Assembly (NCBI GenBank): GCA_039028615.1
Contig: JBCCHT010000026.1
Location: 32,001-96,000 of the forward strand
Source: Myxococcota bacterium
Lineage (GTDB): Bacteria > Myxococcota_A > Polyangia > Nannocystales > Nannocystaceae
Direction of reading: 5' to 3'
Length of the DNA stretch: 64,000 bases
The translations under genes were made by a program, and so were the position numbers. The notes under the pieces were generated by a model. That model was not told where the DNA came from. It saw nothing but the letters and a program-made list of their open reading frames with translations, and ran no database searches. Positions 17,988-26,834 of this stretch are shown here, piece by piece; the stretch's first letter is position 1, and every line of letters starts with the position of its first letter.

Positions 17988-19228
17988 AGATCGCGATCAC
18001 GGGGATGGGGGCTGCGACCGCCGCGGGGTACGGCGTCGCGCCACTGGTCGACACGCTACGCAGTGGTCGTTCGCAGATGGTCGCGGGAGCTCCACTGGAG
18101 CCTCCCGTATTGGCTCGCCTCCCAGACTCGAAGCCGGGCTCGCCCCCGGGGGCGGTCGAAGTGCCCGCCGGGGTCACGCGGTTGCTCGCTCGTAGCGGGC
18201 CCGAGCTCCAGGCCCTCGTGTGGGCGGGGATGGAGGCTTGGGTCGATGCATCGCTCCACGGAGGGGCCGTGCCGCCTCGTCGCATTGGCTTGGTGATCGC
18301 CGGACACAATCTCACGCAATCCCGGGCCCTCGAGGTCGAGCTGACCTACGCGGGGCGGCGTCGCTACGTGAGCCCTCGATTCGTGCAGGAGTCCCTCGAC
18401 TCCACCGCGCTCGGCATCGTGAGTGAAGCGCTCGGCATTCGCGGTGAAGGAGTGTTGGTCGGTGCCGCCTCGGCGAGTGGGAATGCGGCACTAATCCACG
18501 GCTGCCGCATGATCGCCGACAGTAGTGTCGACGCATGTCTCGTGCTCGGGGCGCCCACCCGATTGACGGCGATGCAGGTCCAGAGTCTCGCCAACACGGG
18601 CGCACTCGGAGGCGCGACCCAAGCCTCGAATCCTCGACGAGCGTGCCGCCCCTTCGACGAGGGTCGAGACGGCTTCATTCCCGGGCAAGCGGCGGCCGCG
18701 ATGGTGCTCGAGTCGATCCCCAGCGCGGCAGGGCGCGGTCGGCCGATGCATGCGACGGTGCTCGGCTACGGCAGTGCACTCGCTGCTCGTAGCGGGCTCG
18801 AGCCCTCGGTCGAGGCCGAGGCCGAGGCCATGACGACCGCGCTCGCCCGCGCGGGATTGAGCCCGGGCCGAGTTGACTATGTCAACGCGCACGGGACTGC
18901 GTCGCGGCTCGGGGACGAGACGGAAGCCGAAGCCCTACGACGCGTCTTCGGTGCGGCGCGCCCGTGGATCAACTCGACGAAGGGTTGGGTCGGGCATGCC
19001 ATTCATGCAGCCGGAGTGTTGGAGGCCGTTGCCGTCGTTGCTCAATTGTGTGGCGGTTTCGTGCACCCTAACGCCAATCTCGACCGGCCGATTGATTCCG
19101 CTCTGCACTTGGTGGGACCCGAAGCCATCGATCAGCCCATCACTCATGCGTTGTCCAATGGGTTCGGCTTCGGCGGCATCAACACATCGATCGCTTTCGG
19201 ACGTGCGCCACGAGCGGAGCAACGATGA
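17984..19228 (+). CDS. Decarboxylating ketosynthase KS0 (PksF-like)
   Basis: Start ATG 17984 (MKIAITGMG) overlaps the ACP stop. Active-site Cys replaced by Ser (GAASASG). HGT and GH histidines and the GFGFGGIN C-terminus are retained. Confidence 0.92.
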   Translation: MKIAITGMGAATAAGYGVAPLVDTLRSGRSQMVAGAPLEPPVLARLPDSKPGSPPGAVEVPAGVTRLLARSGPELQALVWAGMEAWVDASLHGGAVPPRRIGLVIAGHNLTQSRALEVELTYAGRRRYVSPRFVQESLDSTALGIVSEALGIRGEGVLVGAASASGNAALIHGCRMIADSSVDACLVLGAPTRLTAMQVQSLANTGALGGATQASNPRRACRPFDEGRDGFIPGQAAAAMVLESIPSAAGRGRPMHATVLGYGSALAARSGLEPSVEAEAEAMTTALARAGLSPGRVDYVNAHGTASRLGDETEAEALRRVFGAARPWINSTKGWVGHAIHAAGVLEAVAVVAQLCGGFVHPNANLDRPIDSALHLVGPEAIDQPITHALSNGFGFGGINTSIAFGRAPRAEQR

Positions 19229-19986
19229 GCACTCCGAACCATTGGATCCGAAGTCCGCCCAGAGCCTCGGGGAGGATCAAGCTGTTCTGCTTCGCGCATG
19301 CCGGAGGCGGGGCAGGGTTCTTTCATCCCTGGGTCCGCGCACTCGCCCCGGACATCGAGGTGCACCGAATCGTCCTGCCCGGCCGAGAGTCTCGCCGTCA
19401 CGAGCCCGCCATCTCATCGATGAGCGAGTTGGTGCCCCTGGTGGCCTCTGCTTTGCAAGCCCATGCGACGGGACCCTACGCCTTGTTCGGCCACAGCATG
19501 GGAGCAGCGATCGCGTATGAGGTTGCACGGTGGATGAGCACCGCCGATCGCACTCCTCCGGTTCATTTGTTCGTGTCGGGGCGCCGTGCCCCACATTTGC
19601 CGGCCCGGAGGGATCCTTTCCACCTGCTGCCCGATCCGGACCTACTTCGGCTGATTCAGCAGCTCAATGGAACGCCGAGTGAGGTCTTCGAGTCTCGAGA
19701 CCTGATGTCCGAGTTCCTTCCCTGCCTCCGCGCTGATTTCAAACTCAATGAAACCTATCAGCCAGTGCCAGGGGTACCCCTACATTGTGGCGTCACCGGG
19801 CTGGCGGGCGACGGCGATCCGGAGGTCGATTTCGATGAACTGTTCGCGTGGGGCGAGCTCACCACGGGTCCGTTCGAATCGCGCCTATTCGAAGGCGACC
19901 ACTTCTACCTGAACACGAGGCAAGAACAGCTACTCTCCGAGTTGAGCCGACGACTTGTTCGTGCTACCGATCTCTTCCTTCGCTGA
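19225..19986 (+). CDS. Type II thioesterase (LnmN-like)
   Basis: LFCFAHAGGG, FGHSMG, GDHFYL. Confidence 0.95.
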   Translation: MSTPNHWIRSPPRASGRIKLFCFAHAGGGAGFFHPWVRALAPDIEVHRIVLPGRESRRHEPAISSMSELVPLVASALQAHATGPYALFGHSMGAAIAYEVARWMSTADRTPPVHLFVSGRRAPHLPARRDPFHLLPDPDLLRLIQQLNGTPSEVFESRDLMSEFLPCLRADFKLNETYQPVPGVPLHCGVTGLAGDGDPEVDFDELFAWGELTTGPFESRLFEGDHFYLNTRQEQLLSELSRRLVRATDLFLR

Positions 19987-20133
19987 ACAGCTGCAGAAAA
20001 GTCCGACTTCCGTAGCGAGTTCGACGCAGCTCGAATGCGACCCTTCGCATACACATGAATTAGCCACGCATAGGTGCGCCGCTTCGGCATAAGTGGATAC
20101 AAACCGGACCCTGGGACGGCCTACACTTTTGTC

Positions 20134-20153
20134 GGTGTGACGTATTTGACACC
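20134..20153. promoter_or_regulatory. CRP/FNR-box-like palindrome GGTGTGA-N6-TGACACC overlapping a TTGACA hexamer, upstream of the Crp-family gene
   Basis: TGTGA(20136-40)-cgtatt-TGACA(20147-51), one mismatch to TGTGA-N6-TCACA. Flanking GG/CC extend the symmetry. Confidence 0.45.
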
Positions 20154-20337
20154 AGCGCCGAGCGTTATTGCAACGGGTCGGTCGGCTGGAAGGGTGGTCC
20201 GCCAAGGGCCACAAAAATGCTGTTCTGCTCAAGTCTGAGCAGAATGGGCGTAGAGCAACCCCCTATCGTCGCAGCCAACTCAGTCGTCGGGACCGTATAA
20301 AGGCCGTTGCTTGTTTGGCAATGCATGATGCCCGGCC

Positions 20338-21075
20338 ATGGTGGTCCTGCGCAAGGCGTTTTCGCACGTGTCTCGATACATACACGCGGACCTTCATTTG
20401 GGCCTACCGGAGAATACTCGGGTTTCTGTGGCAGATTTTATTGCCAGTAAAACTCTGAGTACGAAGCCTACGGTAGTCCCTCGAGGAACAATCATATACG
20501 GCTGTGGGATGAGCAGCGACTCTGTATGCCTCATTGAAGAAGGCAAGGTCAAGCTCGTTATGCCCACAGAGAAAGGAAAGTGCTGTCTACTGGACATACG
20601 ATCGAATGGTGAGTTGTTCGGTGAACTCGCCATTGCTTCATCGAGTCGCAATCACCTCGCGGTGGCGATGCAGCGGACTTCCTTCTATCGATACCCTTCC
20701 TCCCGACTCTTGACCGAGCTGGCGGACACCGGGCTCTTGCCCGAGCTGGTGAAGTACCTCGCCGCCCAAATCATCCAGCAGGAGGAAATCATCACCGAGT
20801 TCGTCACGACCTGCAGTGAAGAGCGCCTCGCGTTGTTGCTGCTGCGTCTGGCCAAGCGCAGCGTAGGTCGCGATGGCTCGCGCCTGATCCTCGAGGAGCG
20901 AATCTCTTGTCAGGACCTGGCCCAGATGGTCGGGACGACGCGGTCGCGCATCGGGCTGTTCCTCAAGCGGTTCCGAGAACTGGACCTGGTGCGCTCGGGG
21001 AAGACCTTCTTTCTGTCGATCGACGCACCTCGGCTCCGGCAGTACCTCGACGAGCACTTCGGTACCGAGACCTAG
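20338..21075 (+). CDS. Crp/Fnr family transcriptional regulator (LnmO-like position)
   Basis: cNMP-binding barrel (LIEEGKVKL, GELFGE), SEERLA helix, HTH QDLAQMVGTTRSRI. Start codon uncertain. Confidence 0.9.
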   Translation: MVVLRKAFSHVSRYIHADLHLGLPENTRVSVADFIASKTLSTKPTVVPRGTIIYGCGMSSDSVCLIEEGKVKLVMPTEKGKCCLLDIRSNGELFGELAIASSSRNHLAVAMQRTSFYRYPSSRLLTELADTGLLPELVKYLAAQIIQQEEIITEFVTTCSEERLALLLLRLAKRSVGRDGSRLILEERISCQDLAQMVGTTRSRIGLFLKRFRELDLVRSGKTFFLSIDAPRLRQYLDEHFGTET

Positions 21076-21145
21076 CCAATCAGGCCTTGGCTCGGTGCTC
21101 ATGATTGAGCGGGAAGCGGGCGACGGTCGGGACAATATTCGGGTA

Positions 21146-22687
21146 ATGGACGCACGAACCGTCTCGGCTGACTCCGAGCTTCGCACCATCCTCGATGTCC
21201 TCACCGCTCGCGCCGCCCACGAGCCCGAACGCGTGGCGTTGCGGGTGATCGGGGGCCCGTCGTTGACCTTCGGTGAGTGGGAGCGGCGAGCCAACGCGGC
21301 AGCCCACGCTTTGCTCGACGCTGGAGTGAACAAGGGCGACGTCGTTGCCCTGTTCTTCGACGACAGAGACTGGGTGGACTACGCGGTCGCGTATATCGGA
21401 GCGTACAAGGCGGGGGCGGCTACGGTACACATGAACCCGTGGTACCCCGAGGCGGAGCTCGAGCGTCGCATCGAACAATGCGGCATCGAGACGCTCGTCC
21501 ACTCCGCGGACCTACGGCCGCCCAAGGCCGGCCGGGTCCTCAGCGCAGACGCCCTCCACCATGAAGATGTCACTGCGCCCGATGTCCCGCTCGGACCCAA
21601 GGACCTGGCCGACATCGCCTATACCGCGGGCACGACCGAGGGGCGCTCCAAGGGCGTGATGGTCGAACACGACGACTACCTGCTGGGGATCGACCTGGAG
21701 GAGGTCGTCGGCAATGACTCCGCCCTGAGCTTCTTGGGTCCCTTTCCCGCGGGCACTCCCTCGAGTCAGAATATCTTGTTGATGGGGATGGCGATGCCCC
21801 GACAGCTGTTGCTGCTGGACGAGCCCTCGCCGCAAGCCACCTGGGACGCCATCGAGTCCGAGGCCATCACCAACGTGATGATCACGCCGGGCATGGCGGT
21901 CGACTTGGTCAACTTGCCCTGCGCCCGACAAGGCGTGCTCGAGTCGGTGACCTCGCTGTCCGTGGGGGCGGCCGCCATTGCTCCCACGATGATCGCTCGC
22001 TTGATCGCGTTGTTCCCCAACGCATCGGTGACTCAGTACTACCTGTCGCTGGAGTCCATCCCCGCGATGGTGGCGTCGAGCTACGATCCGAAGCGGCCCG
22101 GCGCGGTCGGCAAGCCGCTGCCCGGGACCGGGATCGAGATCAGAAACCAGGCGGGCGAGGCCCTCGGGACCGGTGAGATCGGGGACATCTGGATGCAGCC
22201 GGCGGGGCGCGTACGTGCCTACAAAGGCGATCCGGAGTGGAACGCGAGGACCTTCCACGGCGCATGGATGTCGATGGGGGACAAGGGCTTCATGGACGAG
22301 GATGGCTACTGCCACTTCTACGATCGGGCGGCCGACGTGATCTCCGGCCCGGAGGGCTTCACGTCGACGCTGGCCGTCGAGGACGCGCTCTTTCAGCATC
22401 CCGGCGTGCGGGATGCCTGTGTCGTAGGGGTCCCGGGGGCCGATGGAGCGACACGAGTCGCCGCGGCGCTGGTGCTCGCGCCCGGGGCCGCGGTCGACGA
22501 CGTCCTCTCGGTGTGCCGCGAACACGTCGCGCCGCACCAGGTGCCAAGCGAGGTCCGAGTCGAGGGGTATCTACCCCGCGGGATCATCGGCAAGACGCTC
22601 AAGCGAGAGGTTCGCAAGTGGTTCCATCCCAACAGTGGCGATGCGGCATTGTTGGCACATCGAGAAGATCGAGTGCGCTATTGGTGA
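21146..22687 (+). CDS. Class I adenylate-forming (acyl-CoA ligase-like) enzyme
   Basis: P-loop YTAGTTEGRSKG, MGD, FYDRAAD, C-terminal PRGIIGKTLK. ATG 21146 preferred over 21095. Confidence 0.9.
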   Translation: MDARTVSADSELRTILDVLTARAAHEPERVALRVIGGPSLTFGEWERRANAAAHALLDAGVNKGDVVALFFDDRDWVDYAVAYIGAYKAGAATVHMNPWYPEAELERRIEQCGIETLVHSADLRPPKAGRVLSADALHHEDVTAPDVPLGPKDLADIAYTAGTTEGRSKGVMVEHDDYLLGIDLEEVVGNDSALSFLGPFPAGTPSSQNILLMGMAMPRQLLLLDEPSPQATWDAIESEAITNVMITPGMAVDLVNLPCARQGVLESVTSLSVGAAAIAPTMIARLIALFPNASVTQYYLSLESIPAMVASSYDPKRPGAVGKPLPGTGIEIRNQAGEALGTGEIGDIWMQPAGRVRAYKGDPEWNARTFHGAWMSMGDKGFMDEDGYCHFYDRAADVISGPEGFTSTLAVEDALFQHPGVRDACVVGVPGADGATRVAAALVLAPGAAVDDVLSVCREHVAPHQVPSEVRVEGYLPRGIIGKTLKREVRKWFHPNSGDAALLAHREDRVRYW

Positions 22688-22878
22688 TGTCCGACACAGA
22701 GCCATAATCAAACTGTGCTGACCATGAGGCAATTGCACCGTGCGAGTCGTAGAACTTTGGGGTTGCGGACCGCTGGCCGGCAGGCCTCTTTCCGTTGCCG
22801 TGTTCCGGCTCAGGAACGTGAAATCTCACGGTCCATTGCATCTTGCGTGGCACCGACAGCGGATATAGTCTCGCGGCC

Positions 22879-23271
22879 ATGAGCAAGGCTTCAGGCACAT
22901 TCGAGCTTTCGGCGACCCACGACATCTATGACGAGAGTCCGGGCGCGAAGCTCAGTCGCACCAAATACACCAAGACCTTTCAGGGAGACCTTGTCGCATC
23001 GAGCACGGTCGAGTCCTTGCAGGCGGTCTCCGACGACGAGAAATCTGCGGCATACGTGGGCATGGAGCGAATCTCCGGCACGCTCGGTGGGCGCTCGGGC
23101 TCCTTCGTGCTCCAGCACAGCGGCCTCATGGTAGGGGACGGCATGGAACTCGAGGTCAAGGTGCTCCCAGGAATGTCGACCGATGAGTTGACCGGCCTTT
23201 CTGGCACGATGAGCATCGACATCAGGGACGGTCAGCACTTCTACGAGTTCGAGTATTCCCTCGAAGGTTGA
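22879..23271 (+). CDS. DUF3224 family beta-barrel protein
   Basis: KTFQGDL...AYVGMERISGTLGGRSGSFVLQH...G.STDELTGLSG, the typical DUF3224 pattern. Confidence 0.85.
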   Translation: MSKASGTFELSATHDIYDESPGAKLSRTKYTKTFQGDLVASSTVESLQAVSDDEKSAAYVGMERISGTLGGRSGSFVLQHSGLMVGDGMELEVKVLPGMSTDELTGLSGTMSIDIRDGQHFYEFEYSLEG

Positions 23272-23513
23272 GTTGTTGAATTGATCGCGAGTATCGGTCA
23301 TTGTCGCGGTGCTCGCCCCTTCGGTTCATCGAATGGGCAAGTGCGAGCGGCAAGGCCGTATCGCGAGTGCGCGTTTCGAGCTTGCGCTCTTACGGGCTCG
23401 TGTTTGTAGGTCGAGTGGTGATTACGTCGTTGTTTGGGGTGGACCTCTTTCCTCTGTTCTGGCGCTCAATGATGAGCAGAGGTGATGAGAGTTCTTCGCT
23501 AGACCACGAGTCG

Positions 23514-23876
23514 ATGTCACAACCCGACATGAGCAAGATTCACCCGATTTTCATTCAGCAGGGAGAGCTGCTCGCGAAGCGCGATCTCGATGGGCTGATG
23601 GACCTGTACCATCCCGATGCCGTCTTCGTGCGATTCCAGCGTGTCGCCAGCGGCAAGAAGGAGATCCGGGAGGTCCTCGAGAAATACATCGCGCTGCAGC
23701 TCGAGTTCGTCGCTCTCGAGGAGTACGTCGATACTGGCGAGACCATCATGATGCGTTCCACCATGAAGGTCGAAGGCGAGACCGAGACCTCGTGTGCGAC
23801 GCTCGTGCTCCGCGACGGCAAGATCTGGCGACAGGCGGCCGCGCGAGAGGGTGGCGCCCGCGATTGGGGCTTCTAG
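23514..23876 (+). CDS. NTF2/SnoaL-like protein
   Basis: DLDGLMDLYHPDAVF...G..EIR...LRDGKI pattern, ~120 aa. Start 23514 or 23529. Confidence 0.8.
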   Translation: MSQPDMSKIHPIFIQQGELLAKRDLDGLMDLYHPDAVFVRFQRVASGKKEIREVLEKYIALQLEFVALEEYVDTGETIMMRSTMKVEGETETSCATLVLRDGKIWRQAAAREGGARDWGF

Positions 23877-23879
23877 AGG

Positions 23880-24605
23880 GTGTCGGCGGACCACAGCGGT
23901 GAAATCCCACGGCTCGCTCTGGAGGCGTTCGCCCGGAGCTTTCACCGTGAAGCATGTTCCTACGGCTTCACGGGCGTGGATTACCTGCGGTTCGTCAATC
24001 ATCTCTTCGAGCGCATTTTGGAAGGGGAGCCCGACCCCGAGGTTCGACCGGGTCCCGCTGTCGTTTCGGCGGGGACCCGGGCCGACCTCACTCTTCCGTT
24101 GATGGGCCACGGGGTCGCGCTGGAGCGTTATCTCGAGGCTCGGCATGGCCCAGTACTCAGGCGTTGGCTCGCGGGACGGGCTGGGCGCTACTTCGCGATG
24201 TCGCGAACGACCGCCGAGCGACTGGACGCCGAGCGGCTGATTCGCGATCCCGAGACGGCCTTGGGCGTCATCGCGACACCCGACGGGAGCCCGCTGGGCA
24301 TCGCCGCCTACTTCGGGCTCGATCGAGCACAGGACCGGGCCGAGCTGCGAGTCATGGTCGGCGAGGCGTCCCTGCGGGCGGACGAGCTGCTCGAGGAAGC
24401 GGTGCGCCTGTGGGTCCGGTACGGGATCGAGGAGCTGGGCCTGCGAAAAATCGTGGCCAGCCTCTTGGGCGCTGACCTGCTCGGTGTGCGAGTGCATCAG
24501 CGGCTCGGCTTTGACCTCGAGGGCGTTTTTCGCGACGAGGTGGCCCTGGACGACGGCTTCCACGATGTCGTCCGCATGGCGCTGCTGAGCCCGCCTCAGG
24601 TCTGA
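23880..24605 (+). CDS. GNAT (RimJ/RimL-like) N-acetyltransferase-fold protein
   Basis: AELRVMVGE, ELGLRKI, RLGFDLEGVFR, HDVVRM. The acetyl-CoA-binding G-x-G loop looks degenerate. Confidence 0.7.
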   Translation: MSADHSGEIPRLALEAFARSFHREACSYGFTGVDYLRFVNHLFERILEGEPDPEVRPGPAVVSAGTRADLTLPLMGHGVALERYLEARHGPVLRRWLAGRAGRYFAMSRTTAERLDAERLIRDPETALGVIATPDGSPLGIAAYFGLDRAQDRAELRVMVGEASLRADELLEEAVRLWVRYGIEELGLRKIVASLLGADLLGVRVHQRLGFDLEGVFRDEVALDDGFHDVVRMALLSPPQV

Positions 24606-24984
24606 GTCCAGATGGGCGCAGGCTCGAGCATCCTGCGGAACGCTGCGTCCTTCGTTGCGTGGCCGTAGGGCGTCCGTTTCGGTGCGGATCCATCAGCTGT
24701 CTCCAGAACTCGAGATGGAACTCGCTCTCGGTTTCGCCTGACTCGTCTGCTTCGAGACCCGCGCGGGGCCTGGCCCCCAATGGAGGCTGGAGACCCCGGT
24801 TCCCGCTACGTCTCGCCGTGCTGCGTTCCCGTGCGAGTGCTGCACGCGGGAACGAGTCGTTCATGCAAATGCTGCCGGCTCGAGCCGCGGCCGTCCGTCG
24901 TTGGTCCGTGCGGTCGAAGTGACAGTGCCGACCGTCACGATCTTCGCGGCCACTCGATCACGCCATTAGGCTCATAATGGTGGA

Positions 24985-26793
24985 ATGGAAATGGATGGTT
25001 GTCGGGTGCCGCAGGCGCGGCGTGGGTTTGGCGTGGCGCCGGGCGGATGGCTGTTGGCTTTGGGCATTGCCGGGTTGGCGTCGGCGGGTTGTGGCGACGA
25101 CGCGGGCAACGGTGACTCCGCAGGGGAAGGAGGCTCTGGCTCGGGTGTCGGCACCGGTTCGGGTGGCGTCGTCGACGGCACCATCGGTGACGCCGGGGAT
25201 GCCACCGCGGGCGGTGATGCCAACGACGACGGTAGCGATGACACGGGTGGTACCGACACCGGCGGTCAACAGTGCCCCGAGCCTGCGCCGGCCTCGGTCG
25301 TCAGCCGAGTCATCGAGCCGTTCCCCTCGGGCGTCGAGCTGGCGCTGGAGGACTACTTTGCCACGCACTGGCTCAACGCCAGCCCGGCCACGCATCTCGC
25401 CCAGCAGACCTACGTCGGCTCGTGCAACGTCGGTACCGCGTCGCCCTTGGTCTACGCGTCGGTGTCGACGGGCGACAACGAGGACTGCGAGTCCGAGGAT
25501 GGCCTGGACCGCTACGGCTGGGGTGGATGTGGTGGCCTGCTCGTCGAGCTGGCCTACGAAGAGGGAGGAGGCCTCGAGGCGACGGGCAAGGTCGCCGAGC
25601 TGGGCGAGTGCGTCGAGCTGTACGGGGTCGCGCCGAGCCCCGATTGCAGCACGGTCGCCGTGCTGTGTCGCCGAGAGAACATGGCCACCGAGGCGGCGGC
25701 GGGAGAGATCACCAAGAACTCCTTGCTGACCCATGGCGACTCCGACTGGATGACCCACCCGCTCAACATGAACGGGGATGGTCGCCGCATGGACGAGATC
25801 TGGCTCTACGAGTGGCCGGGCGGTGACATCGAGGAACTGGCCGACAAGTACGTCGTGCATCGGGCCATCGGCACTTCGTACGGAAAGTACTCGCTCATTC
25901 GCGGCAGCGACGACACCTACGGCATCGGCGTTCGATCGGACCTGTTCTCGGGCGATGGCACCATGCACTCGGCCGATGCCATGCTGATCCTCGACGCTCA
26001 GACCTTCGATTTCACGGACCGAGGGTACTCTTGGGCGTGTGGAGTCGGGCACACGGTGACCAATTTCATGGCGTACAACCCGGCGACGGAGAAGTACGCC
26101 ATGCACTGCATGACGGACTGGAACGCCGACGAAGTCCCGGCGGGGGACTCGTATATCCGCCTGGAAGATGGCGACAAGGACAACGACGGCGACGGGGTGA
26201 ACAACGGCTACTTCCGGCACCACCGCTGGGACGGGTCGATGGTCGGTGGCGCCATCCAGCTGCAGCCCGTGTCCGACGGCGGCTTCATCGGAGCCTTGGT
26301 GGGCATCCCGGGCGATGCGGGTCCCCACCCCGAGCCACTTCATGAAGCGCCGGTTCCGACCTCCGTCGGTGTGGCGCGCTTCGAGCCCGACGGTCGGCTC
26401 ATCGGCGAGATTCAGTGGCTCGAGTCGGACGACGACGGCCTGGTCTCCCACGTGCAGCTGGCCCCGCTCGGCAACGATCGCTTCCTGTTCGGATGGGGCA
26501 CCATGCATCGCTTTTCGTCCTACGAGGACGACCGACACATGGACTACAAGGTGCCCCACGAGTATCACTTGTACGAGATCGACGACTCGGGGACGGTCCT
26601 CACCGAGGCCCTCGATCTGCCGAGTGATGCGGGGTGGGGCGAGTGGGACGAGATGACTCCGCTCGGCCATGGCCGAACGGCGTGGATCCACTCGACTCCG
26701 TCGACGGTGACGCTCGAGGAGGGATCCACGAGTCAGTTCGACCTGAACCGAGACACGCTGGTCACCCACGTCTACACCGCGGCGTGCCCGTGA
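24985..26793 (+). CDS. Hypothetical lipoprotein with Gly/Asp/Thr-rich linker
   Basis: Lipobox-like LASAGC, low-complexity linker, then a ~500 aa globular region. Strong GC3 codon bias. Start uncertain. Confidence 0.75.
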   Translation: MEMDGCRVPQARRGFGVAPGGWLLALGIAGLASAGCGDDAGNGDSAGEGGSGSGVGTGSGGVVDGTIGDAGDATAGGDANDDGSDDTGGTDTGGQQCPEPAPASVVSRVIEPFPSGVELALEDYFATHWLNASPATHLAQQTYVGSCNVGTASPLVYASVSTGDNEDCESEDGLDRYGWGGCGGLLVELAYEEGGGLEATGKVAELGECVELYGVAPSPDCSTVAVLCRRENMATEAAAGEITKNSLLTHGDSDWMTHPLNMNGDGRRMDEIWLYEWPGGDIEELADKYVVHRAIGTSYGKYSLIRGSDDTYGIGVRSDLFSGDGTMHSADAMLILDAQTFDFTDRGYSWACGVGHTVTNFMAYNPATEKYAMHCMTDWNADEVPAGDSYIRLEDGDKDNDGDGVNNGYFRHHRWDGSMVGGAIQLQPVSDGGFIGALVGIPGDAGPHPEPLHEAPVPTSVGVARFEPDGRLIGEIQWLESDDDGLVSHVQLAPLGNDRFLFGWGTMHRFSSYEDDRHMDYKVPHEYHLYEIDDSGTVLTEALDLPSDAGWGEWDEMTPLGHGRTAWIHSTPSTVTLEEGSTSQFDLNRDTLVTHVYTAACP

Positions 26794-26834
26794 CGCTGCG
26801 GTGCGTGGCTACTCCCGTTCGCCGACCCGAGCGG

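Noticed and set aside
24606..24984. ~380-nt gap as possible ncRNA or insertion boundary
   Set aside because: No recognisable RNA motif, terminal repeat or att-like duplication by eye.
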